A DNA stretch of 64,000 nucleotides from Vulcanimicrobiota bacterium (lineage in GTDB: Bacteria > Vulcanimicrobiota > Vulcanimicrobiia > Vulcanimicrobiales > Vulcanimicrobiaceae): positions 32,001-96,000 of the forward strand of contig CAWAXX010000024.1 of the NCBI GenBank assembly GCA_963786105.1, given 5' to 3'. Below are positions 51,440 to 62,200 of the stretch, piece by piece (position 1 is the first letter of the stretch; each line of letters begins with the position of its first letter). Under the pieces are notes generated by a model that was not told the origin of the DNA, searched no databases, and worked only from the letters and a program-made list of their open reading frames with translations. The position numbers and the translations under genes are program-made.

Positions 51440-52325
51440 TTAGCCGGATAGCCGATACGTCCCTGTCGGCGTGGCCCGTTCGATATTCGTTAAGAAATTC
51501 GTAACCTGTCCGTCGAGCGGCTCGAGCCGCGGTCGATGGTCGGCTTGCATCGCTCGCAGGCCCAGCAGATTATCGCGATCGATCGGAAGGCGAACGTGCA
51601 GCAGCGACGCCGTTTGCACGGCGAGGTCCGCGGCCAAAAATGGAATGGGGACGAACGCAACGTTTGCTCCGAGGCGCGCGCCGAGCGCTCGGTAGAATTC
51701 ACGATACGTCACCGGTTCGCGCTCGGCTACGGTGAACGTCCCGCGCAGGTCTCGGCAGATTGCGCCGTAGACCGCTTCGGTAAGATCGTCCACGAACACG
51801 GTTTGGAGCGGCTGGTTTCCGCCGTCGATCAAAGGCACGAAGCGATGATGCCGCAGGTACGCGCACATCGACGCGAACACGCCTCCGTCACCCAGAACGA
51901 GGCCGGGCCGAACGACTAAGGCGCCCCGGCTTTCAAAGAGACGTTCGAGCGCGTATTTCTGCCGTCCGTATTGTGACGCCGCTCGCTCGTGCGCCGCCAA
52001 GGCTCGAAAGAAACACGATCCGTTTGACGCGCCGTCGTTGCGCCGTTTCGAGCAGCAACGTGCTTCCCGCAACGTTGAGATCCAGATCTTCCTTGACGAC
52101 GGCAGCATGCACGAGCGCGTCGACGCCCTCGAAGAGTTCGTCGGGTAGCGCGGTCCACGCGAGATCGTAGGAGCGCCACTCTGCGCCATCGGGAACGTTT
52201 GCCGGTTGCCGGCGTCCGCATCCGATGGCTCGCCAGCCGTTCGCCAAGAAACGGCGAATCAGCGCCGTTCCGATGAATCCGCCACCGCCGGTGACGAGGA
52301 CCGTCGATCGCGGTGGTTGCATCAC
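51440..52325 (-). CDS. NAD-dependent epimerase/dehydratase (frameshift near 52005)
   Basis: Motifs VTGGGGFIG, FLSS, YGRQK and VRPGLVLG. Confidence 0.85.
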
Positions 52326-53938
52326 GTCGCGAACGTACCGGCGAGGAGCGCGGCCACGCGATGCGCGTTGGCCATGAGCGAAAGCGTCAGCGGTTTAGCC
52401 GGCAGAAACGTAAAGCCGGAGCCATCGGCGACGAACACGCCTTCGGTGCCGTGCAGCCGGCCGTCAGAGCTCAACGTGAGCGGTTTCTCTTCTCGATCGA
52501 ACGGCAGGGTGCCGGCATAGTGAATGCTGGATCCAAGCGGCGGGTGAACGCGTTTGATCGGCCACGCTCCTAAAGTTCGCAGCGCGCGGCGGAATCCGCC
52601 CTCACGCGCGACGTGGCGGCGGCGTTCGTCGCCGGTGAGGGCGTACGCGATCGCTAGCCGGTCCTGCGTGGGCGACGACGGATCGCTCTCAATCCACAGC
52701 GCTTTGCCCTCCGAACGCGCCTGGGGATGATCGAATCCGGCAATGATGAATCCGGAGAGCAGATACTGCATGAGGATTCGCGCGTCGCGCACGTCGAGCG
52801 GCATCTCGCGCAGCAAACGAAAGAGCATCAACGAGCGATACGAAAAGATCGTTCCGACGGCGACGTCGCTGCCGTGGCCGCCGGGATCGTGAAAAAGCGC
52901 GAGTTGCGTGAGGCTGTTGTTTCGTTCCGGCATCGATCGGCCGATTCGCGATGGAACGAGGCACGGCACGTACGTATAATCGTTGCACAGCAGCGGCAGC
53001 CGCGCCGCCGGAGCGACGGAGCGCAGCACGATTCGCGCCGTTCCGAAGACGCCGCATGCCAGCACCAAGCGGCGGCACGAATACTGCCGTTCGGGTCCGC
53101 CGTCGAGATCGAGAGCCGTGACCTCGACTTCGCCCGCGCGGTCCTCGAAGCGCGTGGCGAGAGCGTTACCGGCGTAGGAAAAGTTCGCGCTGCCGCGCAG
53201 TGCCGCGACGACCGGAGCCGGCCGCCACGCCGCGCCATTGCCGTCAGTGTAGAACTCCATGTCGCGCAGATCGGTCGCCGCGCGATCGCCCTTCGGCCGG
53301 CTCAAAAGCGCCAGCGCCGGCCGGCCCACGTAGTATCCCCGCGAATTCATCGCGACGCGTCGCCGCTCGTAGTGCGCGTAGAGCAGCTCGGCGGTAGGAT
53401 CGAGCGGCAGCGGTGGCTGGACGTGCGTCAAGTCGCCGATGGTGTACGGCCGCGCGTCGTCGGCGGCACCGGAGATGCCGATCCGATCCGCGACGACTTG
53501 GTATGCCGCACGTAGTTCGTCGACGGGGAGCGACGCACGTTCCAGCTCCGCGTCTGAATACACGCCGCACATCAATCCCCAGCCGCTGGCCAAGCCGCCT
53601 AACGCCAGGCTTTCCAGCGGTGCGAAGTTCTCCGACCGCACTTTGAGCAGTTCGTCGACGCGGTCGACGATGAAACGCCGAGGCGGCGTCAGCTGCGCGC
53701 CGGCGCCGATTTTCCGAAAGGCGGCACTCTCGAAGTGCTCGCCGAGTAAATACCGGTACTGCTCTTGCTCGCTGCGCCGGATTTCCACGAAGCTCTTTGC
53801 TGGTACGAGCTTCGAAAGGCGGTCGTCGCGGCGCCCTGCGTCGAGCATGAGCACGCGCGCGCCGCCGGCGACGAGGGTTTGCGCCGCCGTCGAGCCGGTT
53901 GCGCCCGAACCCACGACGATGAAATCGAATTCGGTCAC
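52322..53938 (-). CDS. GMC-family FAD oxidoreductase
   Basis: Motifs FDFIVVGSGATG, LGGLASGWG, LACG..GTARI, IHYAGT and VADGS..LSLMANA. Confidence 0.85.
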   Translation of the reverse strand: MTEFDFIVVGSGATGSTAAQTLVAGGARVLMLDAGRRDDRLSKLVPAKSFVEIRRSEQEQYRYLLGEHFESAAFRKIGAGAQLTPPRRFIVDRVDELLKVRSENFAPLESLALGGLASGWGLMCGVYSDAELERASLPVDELRAAYQVVADRIGISGAADDARPYTIGDLTHVQPPLPLDPTAELLYAHYERRRVAMNSRGYYVGRPALALLSRPKGDRAATDLRDMEFYTDGNGAAWRPAPVVAALRGSANFSYAGNALATRFEDRAGEVEVTALDLDGGPERQYSCRRLVLACGVFGTARIVLRSVAPAARLPLLCNDYTYVPCLVPSRIGRSMPERNNSLTQLALFHDPGGHGSDVAVGTIFSYRSLMLFRLLREMPLDVRDARILMQYLLSGFIIAGFDHPQARSEGKALWIESDPSSPTQDRLAIAYALTGDERRRHVAREGGFRRALRTLGAWPIKRVHPPLGSSIHYAGTLPFDREEKPLTLSSDGRLHGTEGVFVADGSGFTFLPAKPLTLSLMANAHRVAALLAGTFAT

Positions 53939-54309
53939 CGTACGAATCGCAGCAGCAATAAGCCCGCGGCCGCGAGCAATCCGGCGCGGGCCACCGCTAC
54001 GGCAACCGGAAAAAGGTCGCGGAGGGGTCGATCTCGCGGTAAGAAGACGTCGCAATATTCGGGCCGCGATTCAAGAACGGCAGCCATGAGGAGGACCTTC
54101 TTGCGCAACAAGGCGCCTGGGTCGACCAACGCGAGCGCCCCGTCGAGTGCGGGAATCGACCACGGGCGGGTTGACGCAAAACGCGTGACCGGGTCGGCCG
54201 TATCGTAGTTCAGCTCGCGTGAAGCACGAAGGTACAGCTCGCGCGCCGCGTCGCTGAGCTCGCTTCCTAAGAGATATCGCCCGAAAACTCCGGCTTCGTC
54301 TTCAGACAT
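53935..54309 (-). CDS. Hypothetical protein with C-terminal TM helix
   Basis: GTGA overlap with the GMC gene. First gene of the GMC-epimerase-rml-wzm run. Confidence 0.65.
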   Translation of the reverse strand: MSEDEAGVFGRYLLGSELSDAARELYLRASRELNYDTADPVTRFASTRPWSIPALDGALALVDPGALLRKKVLLMAAVLESRPEYCDVFLPRDRPLRDLFPVAVAVARAGLLAAAGLLLLRFVR

Positions 54310-54344
54310 GACATGACGTTTTTCGAGAAGAATGGGACGCTTGC

Positions 54345-55751
54345 ATGCCTCCGCGCGCAATCGCGACCTTCGTCTTCGCCGTGCTTCTGTCCGTATCAAC
54401 GTCGCAGGGCGTTGCAACGGCCGCCTCGCCGCGCGCCGGACAAACCTGGCTCGTCGTCAGCGACATCCATCTCGATCCGTATCTTCGCGGCCCGAATAAG
54501 GCGCTATTCGGCAGCGATACCAATCGGGCGTTATTCCGTTCCGCGCTTGCGGCGATGAAGCGAGCGGTCCCGGATCCGGCCCTCGTTCTGCTTCCCGGCG
54601 ACTTTTTCGCGCACAGTTTCGGCCGGCGAGTTTCGCGCAACTCGCGCGCCCGGTCGGTCGCCGAAGAGGGCCTTCGCACGGTGCGACTGATCGCCGCCGC
54701 GTTCGGTAAGGCTTTCCCACGCGCCCGCTTCGCGATCGTGCTTGGGAACAACGACACTCCGTGCGGTGACTATCGCACCGCGTTCGATACGGCATACATG
54801 GCTGCGGTCGCGCGCGCTTGGGCCCCCCTGGTCGACCGCGGCGGCGACGCGCCGGACTTCGAGACGTCGTTCGCGCGTGACGGACACTATGCGATGTCGC
54901 TGCCGCTACGCGGCGTGCGGCTGGTTGCGATCGACGACGTCCCTTTGAGCGTCTTTTATGCAGGTAACTGCGGCGCCTATCGCACCAACGGCGCCGAGAG
55001 CGAGCTGCGGTGGCTGCAAACGACGCTGTCCGCGACTCCCCCCGGCGTGCGCAATATCGTCATGATGCACGTACCTCCGGGTTACGACGTCACGACGACC
55101 GAGAGAACTCGAGGTCTCGTGACGTGGCCGTTCCTCGAAGCCTCAGTCAATGCCCGGTTGATTTCGGTTCTGTCGGCGCCGGCGAACCGCGTCGCGTACG
55201 CGGTCGCCGGTCACGCTCACCGGTTCGACTTTCGCATCGACGGCGACGTGCCGATCCTCGTATTCGGCTCCCTCTCGCCGATATATCATAACAACCCGAC
55301 GTTTTATACGCTCGACGTGCGCGAGGACGGAGCGGTGCGGGATATCGGAGTTTATGCGTTCGACGAATGGACGCAGACGTGGCAACCGCCGCGAAGTTTC
55401 GATGCCAAGTGGGGCACGGCGACGATCGATGCCGCATCGTTGTCTTCGGTACACGCGCGTCTGGAGGAGCAACCGAAGATGCGGCGCGCTTGGGATGCGG
55501 CTTCCAGCGGCTGGCCCTCGAACCAGCGCCTGGCTTGGGGTTTATGGGACGGTTCGTGGCGCATACCGTGGTGCGCGCAAACCTCGCTGAGCGGCGGCTT
55601 CACGTGGTGCGCCGGGCTGGTGGCTCGCGTTTGGCTTTTCCGGATAACGGTCGCGCTAGCGGTGCTGTGCGGCGCGGCGTTGGTTGCGATCCTCGCGCGC
55701 CGTATCCGGCGTGCCCGTCAACGCCGGCGGCTACTGGTACCCGATCGTTAA
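54345..55751 (+). CDS. Calcineurin-like metallophosphoesterase, acid sphingomyelinase/SMPDL3-like, exported with C-terminal anchor
   Basis: Signal peptide, motifs SDIHLD, PGDF..H, LGNND, MHVPP, AGHAH and SPIYHNNP, and a C-terminal TM helix followed by Arg residues. Confidence 0.85.
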   Translation: MPPRAIATFVFAVLLSVSTSQGVATAASPRAGQTWLVVSDIHLDPYLRGPNKALFGSDTNRALFRSALAAMKRAVPDPALVLLPGDFFAHSFGRRVSRNSRARSVAEEGLRTVRLIAAAFGKAFPRARFAIVLGNNDTPCGDYRTAFDTAYMAAVARAWAPLVDRGGDAPDFETSFARDGHYAMSLPLRGVRLVAIDDVPLSVFYAGNCGAYRTNGAESELRWLQTTLSATPPGVRNIVMMHVPPGYDVTTTERTRGLVTWPFLEASVNARLISVLSAPANRVAYAVAGHAHRFDFRIDGDVPILVFGSLSPIYHNNPTFYTLDVREDGAVRDIGVYAFDEWTQTWQPPRSFDAKWGTATIDAASLSSVHARLEEQPKMRRAWDAASSGWPSNQRLAWGLWDGSWRIPWCAQTSLSGGFTWCAGLVARVWLFRITVALAVLCGAALVAILARRIRRARQRRRLLVPDR

Positions 55752-57029
55752 CGCCAACCACGCCGGCAGCCGCCCATTGAGGGTCGAGACCGCGTGAGCG
55801 CGTGGGTGCCGCGGCGGATGCGCCGCTTTTTGGACGGCTATCGGTACGTGTGGCGAGGCGGGTGCGAACGATCTTCCGCTCCAAAAGACGGCGCCGATGA
55901 CGAGAAGCGCGAAAGCCAGTCCGGCGGCTTTCAGCGACGGCCGCCACGCCGTGCGCGTGCCGATCCCGTCCATGTAGCTGTTGAGGAGCATCTGGTCGGA
56001 GTGATGCGCCGAGCGCCCCGTCACGCCTGAGAAGAAATCCGAAAAGGCATGGATCACGGCGAGGAGCCGCGTGAATTCGAGCCGGAACAACTTCGGCGCG
56101 ATGGAGCGCAGCGCAAAGTATCCGAAAGCCGTCGGCGCGGCAATCGGATAGAACTTCCAGACCAGCCGGAGCATGTTCCGGACGGCGTAGTAATCGTGCA
56201 GCGGGCTCTTGAAGCCGATCGAGTGCGACTGTTTGTGCCATACGGTCGCTTTCGAGCAACAGTATAGCTTCCAGCCGGCACGGCGCATTCGTATGCACCA
56301 GTCGGTCTCTTCGCGATAGAGAAAATACGATTCGTCGATCAGCCCGACACCGCAAATGGCTTCGGCGCGCACCAGAAGGCTGGCCCCAACGATATGATCG
56401 AGCGGGATCGTCTTGTCTCCGACGTCTGCGGCCTTCTCGCCGCTATGCAGTTGCGTGTCGTGACATAAGACGGGAATGATGTGTCCGCCGCCCATCGCCT
56501 GGATGGTATCGGGAGCGTCGAAGCGGAGAAGCTTCGATCCCACGATCCCGATCGACGCATCGCCGTCGGCAACTTCGAGCATGCGCTCGAGCGCCGCGGC
56601 ATCGGCGACGGTGTCGTTGTTTAAGATCCAAACGTACTCGGCATTCGAGCGATCGACCGCATAGCGAATGCCGATATTATTGCCGTACGCGTATCCGCCG
56701 TTCGTGGGTAACTGAATCAAAACCAGCGGAGCGTGCGCGTGCACGCCTTCGAGGGCTTCCTCGGGATTGCGAAACGTGACGAAACCTTTGTGGTCAGCCC
56801 CCCAACGGCGCAGACGCGCGATCGAATCATCGCTCGATCCGTTGTCGCAGATGACGATCTGATGGGGCACGTGCGTTGAGGCGAGCAGGCTTTCGACACA
56901 AGCGATCGTGTCGGACCACGCGTTCCAGTTGAGAACGACGGCAACGACGCGCGAAGGGAAACCGAAAGTTTCTCGGCCCACACCCGGTCGCACACCCACG
57001 ACGGACGCCAACGCTGCTCCCCCTGACAT
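55731..57029 (-). CDS. GT2 glycosyltransferase (WbbL/rhamnosyltransferase-like)
   Basis: Motifs VVLNWN, CDNGS, NGGYAYGNN, ILNND and YFLYREETDWC. C-terminal TM helix. Confidence 0.88.
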   Translation of the reverse strand: MSGGAALASVVGVRPGVGRETFGFPSRVVAVVLNWNAWSDTIACVESLLASTHVPHQIVICDNGSSDDSIARLRRWGADHKGFVTFRNPEEALEGVHAHAPLVLIQLPTNGGYAYGNNIGIRYAVDRSNAEYVWILNNDTVADAAALERMLEVADGDASIGIVGSKLLRFDAPDTIQAMGGGHIIPVLCHDTQLHSGEKAADVGDKTIPLDHIVGASLLVRAEAICGVGLIDESYFLYREETDWCIRMRRAGWKLYCCSKATVWHKQSHSIGFKSPLHDYYAVRNMLRLVWKFYPIAAPTAFGYFALRSIAPKLFRLEFTRLLAVIHAFSDFFSGVTGRSAHHSDQMLLNSYMDGIGTRTAWRPSLKAAGLAFALLVIGAVFWSGRSFAPASPHVPIAVQKAAHPPRHPRAHAVSTLNGRLPAWLALTIGYQ

Positions 57030-57230
57030 AAAATCGTCCCGTCTACTATATTAGTTCGAGGGAATCGACCGATGGAATTACCCCTTCGCTCGCCTAGTCC
57101 TGCTAGTGGAACGAGCGTTTTGTTAGCATTGTGCTCATAGTTTGATGACTTAAGTTATCGATTGGCGATTTGGAGCCGGCGAATCGCGAGGAAAGGTTCC
57201 GTTCCGAGCCCGCCGTAAGTTGCTGACGGT

Positions 57231-58505
57231 TTGAACGCTTCGAGTAGTTCCGCGCCCCTTCGCCGGCGCGTCGTCGTAACCGGGCTGGGCGCGGTCACTC
57301 CCATCGGCAACAATCGCGCCGATTTCTGGCAACGCCTGGTCGCCGGCGAATCCGGCGTCGCTCCCATCACCGCCTTCGACGCCGGCGATTTCGCGACGCG
57401 CATCGCGGCCGAGGTCAAGGATTTTCGGCCGGACGAGCTGCTGGGGCGAAAGGAAGCGCGCCGGATGGACCGCTTCACGCAGTTTGCGGTGGTTGCGGCG
57501 GGCGAGGCAATCGAAGACGCGAACCTGCCCGACGACGAGGCTTTCAAGGAACGGACCGGCGCGGTTCTCGGGACCGGAATCGGCGGAATCATCACGTTTT
57601 GGCTCAACTCCGAGAAGGCCAACGAAAACGGAACGTGGTCCAAAGTCACGCCCTTCTTCATTCCGATGCTTATGGCCAACGCCGAAGCGGCCCACATTTC
57701 GATGCGGCATCACTTCAAGGGGCCGATTTTTTCGGCCGCCAGTGCCTGCGCGAGCGCCAACGACGCGATCGTGACCGCCTACAATTACATCGCCTACGGC
57801 GACGCCGACGCGATGATTACCGGCGGTAGCGAAGCGACGGTTTCGCCGCTGGCCATCGGCGGCTTCGCGTCGATGCGCGCGATGTCGACGCGCAACGACG
57901 ACCCCACGCGCGCCAGCCGTCCGTTCGATCGCGAGCGCGACGGCTTCGTATTGGGCGAAGGCGCGGGCGTGCTCGTGCTCGAGGAGTTCGAAAGCGCGAA
58001 GGCGCGCGGGGCGCGGATCTACTGCGAAATCCTCGGCTACGGGCAGTCGGCCGACGCGTACGATTTGGTGGCGGTGGACCCCGATGGCAGCGGGGTCATG
58101 CTGGCGTTGACGCGTGCGTTCGCCAAGGCCGGCATCCAGCCGAAAGACGTCGATTATATCAACGCGCACGGCACCTCGACGCCGATCGGCGATCCGGCCG
58201 AATCGAAGGCCATTGAAAAAGCCTTCGGCGAGCACGCTTCCAAAATGGGCGTCAGCTCCACGAAATCCATGCACGGACACGCACTCGGGGCGGCCGGCGG
58301 AATCGAGGGCGTCGCTACCGTGATGGCCGTGGTCGAAGACGTCATGCCGCCGACCATCAACTACGAATTTCCCGATCCCGAATGTACGCTCGACTACGTT
58401 CCCAACATAGCGCGCAGCGCACCGGTTCGAATCGCACTTTCGAATTCGTTCGGCTTCGGCGGACACAATAGCGTCATCGTCTTCGGCAAAGTACGCGACT
58501 CGTAA
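57231..58505 (+). CDS. fabF: 3-oxoacyl-ACP synthase II
   Basis: Motifs RRVVVTGLG, ASACAS, SRPFDRERDGFVLGEG, NAHGTST and SNSFGFGGHN. Confidence 0.96.
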   Translation: MNASSSSAPLRRRVVVTGLGAVTPIGNNRADFWQRLVAGESGVAPITAFDAGDFATRIAAEVKDFRPDELLGRKEARRMDRFTQFAVVAAGEAIEDANLPDDEAFKERTGAVLGTGIGGIITFWLNSEKANENGTWSKVTPFFIPMLMANAEAAHISMRHHFKGPIFSAASACASANDAIVTAYNYIAYGDADAMITGGSEATVSPLAIGGFASMRAMSTRNDDPTRASRPFDRERDGFVLGEGAGVLVLEEFESAKARGARIYCEILGYGQSADAYDLVAVDPDGSGVMLALTRAFAKAGIQPKDVDYINAHGTSTPIGDPAESKAIEKAFGEHASKMGVSSTKSMHGHALGAAGGIEGVATVMAVVEDVMPPTINYEFPDPECTLDYVPNIARSAPVRIALSNSFGFGGHNSVIVFGKVRDS

Positions 58506-59209
58506 TGGCGGGCGAGGCGGGACGCCGGCGTTTGCGCGCCCTTCTTCGTTTGGCCGGCGTTCGCAGCGCGGGCGACCTTGCCATCACCGAGAAGGCGTTC
58601 GTGCACGAGAGCCACGCGAAGGAACGCGGCGGCGCGTCCAACGAGCGGATGGAGTTCTTGGGCGACTCGGTGCTTGGGTTCATCACCGCGAGTTGGCTTT
58701 TCGAGTGCTTCGGCGACGAGCCCGAAGGTCTGCTCACGCTGCGCAAAGCGGCCATCGTCAACGACGTGCAGCTCGCAAGCACCGCCCGGCGCTTGGGCTT
58801 TTCCGACCTGGTGCAGCTCGGCACCGGTTTACGCAGCTCCGGAGGCGCCGACAACACGTCGGTGCTGGCCGACGCATTCGAGGCGTTCGTCGCCGCCGTG
58901 TACCTCGGGTACGGGCTGGAGAAAGCGCGGAAGTTCGTGATCGCCGAACACGTCGAGCGGCTCGATCACTCGACCGGGGCGCCAATCGATTCGAAGTCGC
59001 GCCTGCAGCATTACGCGCAAGAGCATCTGTCCGCGACGCCGGTCTACCGCGAAACCAGCCGCGGCACGCCGCAGCAGCCTGCCTTCAGCTCGCGCGTGAC
59101 CGTAAAAGGAAAGACGTTGGGAAAGGGCACCGGCCCCTCGAAGAAGGCGGCGCAGCAGGCGGCCGCCGAGGCGGCGCTGACGTCCTTGCTGACGCAATCG
59201 CAACCGTGA
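58505..59209 (+). CDS. rnc: Ribonuclease III
   Basis: Signature NERMEFLGDSVL, LADAFEA and a dsRBD ending SKKAAQQAAA. Confidence 0.96.
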   Translation: MAGEAGRRRLRALLRLAGVRSAGDLAITEKAFVHESHAKERGGASNERMEFLGDSVLGFITASWLFECFGDEPEGLLTLRKAAIVNDVQLASTARRLGFSDLVQLGTGLRSSGGADNTSVLADAFEAFVAAVYLGYGLEKARKFVIAEHVERLDHSTGAPIDSKSRLQHYAQEHLSATPVYRETSRGTPQQPAFSSRVTVKGKTLGKGTGPSKKAAQQAAAEAALTSLLTQSQP

Positions 59210-62200
59210 AACTCAAAAAGATCAAGTCCTTCGGGTTCAAGACGTTCGCCGATCCCACCACGCTCGAATTCGGCGGGGGCATCACCGCCATCGTCGGACC
59301 GAACGGCTCGGGAAAGTCGAATCTCGTCGACGCGTTTCGCTGGGTGCTCGGCGAGACGTCGAGCAAGAGTTTGCGCGGCGGGAAACTCGAGGACGTCATC
59401 TTCGCCGGCAACGATAACCGCAAGCCGCTCGGACTTGCGGAGGTGTCGGTGCTCTTCGACAATACCGACGGCCGCTTGCCGATCGAGTTCTCGGAGGTCG
59501 AAATTACGCGCCGGGCGTATCGTGCCGGCGAAAGCGAATACTTTATCAACCGCGCCGCCGTGCGGCTGCGCGACATTCTCGATTTGCTGATGGGCACCGG
59601 CTTGGGACCGGGATCGTACGCGATCGTTTCGCAGGGGCAAGTCGATGCGATCCTCACCAGCAAGCCCACCGATCGCCGCGCCCTGTTCGAAGAAACCGCC
59701 GGAATCAACAAGTTCCTCTCGCGCAAAGCCGAATCGATGCGCCGGCTCGATCAGACCGAACAGAACGCCATTCGCATCAGCGATCTGATTTCCGAGCTGG
59801 AACACCGCGTCCCCGAACTCGAAACCCAGGTGCGGCGCGCGAAACGTTATCGCAAGGTCAGCGGGCGGGTCCGCGATCTCGAAATCCTCGGATACCTTCG
59901 CGCGGGCGCGTCCCGGCGAGCCGAACGCGAAACGCTGCGCTCGGCTCTGGAGAAGAACGAGGAGACGCGCGGCATCGCTGCGGCCAAAGCTGCGTCGTTG
60001 GGCGCGCAGTTGTCGGACGTGCGAACGCGCGTGTACCGTCAGGAACTGCAGCTCGAAGAACTCCGTTCGCACGCCCAGAGCAAGCGCGCCGAGTTGGCCG
60101 GAATCGAAGCGGATTACGCGGCGACGCTCGCACGGCGCGAAGCACTCGAACGTCAATCCACGCAGACCTCCGAGGACGTCGCCCGCGTCGCCCAAGAACG
60201 CGACGCGCTGACGGCAGCCGTCGGCGGTTTAGACGAACGGCTGGCGCCGCTCGCCAGCGAGATCGAGGGCGCACGCGAAGGCGAACTCGTCGCTCAAACC
60301 GCGCTCGCCCAAGCCCGCGCGCGGCTCGATGCGGTTTTTACCGAGCTGCGCGAGGTGGAATCCGGCGCCGCCGTACACGCCGCCAAGAAAGCCGAGCGGC
60401 GCGTGCAGGCCGAGAATCTGCGCTCGCAAGCCGAGCGTTTCGACGAAGAGCTTCGCAACGCGCGGGAGCGCGCGTCGCAGGCTGAAATCGCCGCCGGCGG
60501 CGCGGCGCATCGCCACGCGGAACGCAAACGGCACATCGGCGCGCTGGACGAGGCTCAACTCGACGCCCGCGGACGCGTCGAAGATGCCGAGCGCGAAGTC
60601 GCGCTCGCACAAGAAGAACTCTCGCACGCCCTCGCCGCCCACCGCGATCGAACCGCCGAAACAACCGGCGCCGAGTCGCGCCTGCACACGATTGAAGAGC
60701 TGGAAAACTCGCTCGAAGGGCACGTTCCCGGCACGCGATCGATCGTGGATGCGTGGCAGCGCGGCGAGTTGAGAGGCATCGAAGGCATCGTTTCCAATCT
60801 CATCACGACGGACGAGCGGTACGCGCGCGCCATGGACGTGGCATTCGGAGCCCGTCTCTCGAACGTCGTGACCCGCACGTCCGAGGATGCGGAGCGCGCC
60901 ATCGAGTTCCTCAACCGGAAGGAAAGCGGGCGCGCGACGTTCCTTCCTCTCGACACGCTGGCGAATCGAGAAGGCCGGCATCTCGGCGGCGATCTCAGCG
61001 CGATGCCGGGCGTCATTGGGTACGCGCACTCGCTCGTCGGTACCGAACCGCAGTATCGCGGCATCGTGAACTTCCTGGTCGGCAACGTGCTCATCGTCGA
61101 TCAACTCAAGACGGGCATCGACTTGGTGCGCGAACGCGGACTGCGCGACACCGTGGTGACGCTCACCGGCGAACAAATCACCGGCGGTGGAGCGATTACC
61201 GGCGGACGCTTCCAGCGCGAGCGCTCGATCCTTTCGCGGCGAGCCCAGGCGCAAGGGCTGCGCGAAGCGCTGGTGGAGTTGCGCGCGAAGCTTCGCGAAA
61301 GCGAAGGATCGTTACACGGCGCGCACCAGCGCACCGAGGCGGCGATCGAAAATCGCGACCGCGAGCGCGCGGGGCTGGCGCGCGTCGAGCTCCAGCTGGC
61401 GCAAGCGCGCACCGAGATTTCGGCGCTCGATCACGAGGTCGTGCGCCTGCAAGCCGAGCTCGCGGCCGCGCGCGAACAGGTGACGGACCTCTCCGACAAC
61501 GCGCGGCGCGCGCGCGACGCCGAACGCGGCTTCGAGCGGGTCGAGCCGGAGGAAGCGCGCAGCGATGCCGATCGAACGCGGCTCGAGGAAGATCTGGCGC
61601 GCGTACGCGACGATATCGCGCGGGCCGAAGCGACGCAGCTGGCGGCCAGCGCACGTGCCGCCGACTTGCGCGAACGCGCCGCCGGGTTGGCGGCCGAGCG
61701 GGATGCAGCCAAGGCGCGCTTGGGAATGCTCGACCAAGACGGCGAGCGCGCGCGCCTGGCGCGCGAAGAAATGCTCGCGCAGATCGCCTCGCTGGCCGGA
61801 CAAACGCGGACGTCCCACGCGCACGTCGAAGGTTTGCGTGGCGGCGTCAGCGATCTCGACGCCCAGCTTGACGCCGCTCGCCGCGAACGCGAAGCGCTGG
61901 TCGATCGCCAAACGCAACTCGAGTCGGACGTGCGCATGGCAGAAAACGAAGAGCGCGATGCCAATGCCGGCGGCGAGCGCCATCGCACGCGCCTGGCTGA
62001 GATCGAAGCCGAGCTCGGAATGCTGGTGTCGCAGTTCGCGCAAAATCCGGCCACCGACGACGAGTGTCACGACGTCGAAGCGCGCTACCGGGACGAGCCC
62101 GACGGCGTCGTCGACGACTTGCCGCGGCTCCGCGACGAGCTGGGTCGCCTCTCGGCCAACGTGAACCTCAACGCCGAGGTTGAGCGCCAGGAAGTGATGC

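Noticed and set aside
5515..52325. Mass pseudogenisation or programmed frameshifting/phase variation (rmlA, wzm, wzt, GTs, epimerase, NHL and others)
   Set aside because: Most breaks are isolated indels in otherwise intact genes, with no long homopolymer or SSR tracts. Long-read consensus error is more parsimonious and needs read-level checking. Only the two half-genes were called pseudogenes.
50079..58466. Long antisense ORFs (e.g. 50079-51359 +, 57150-58466 -)
   Set aside because: Shadow ORFs opposite rmlB/rmlA and fabF, expected in high-GC DNA.
58693..59205. 171-aa N-terminal extension of SMC in the ORF track
   Set aside because: It overlaps rnc in another frame. The real start is GTG 59206 (MKLKKIKSFGFKTF).
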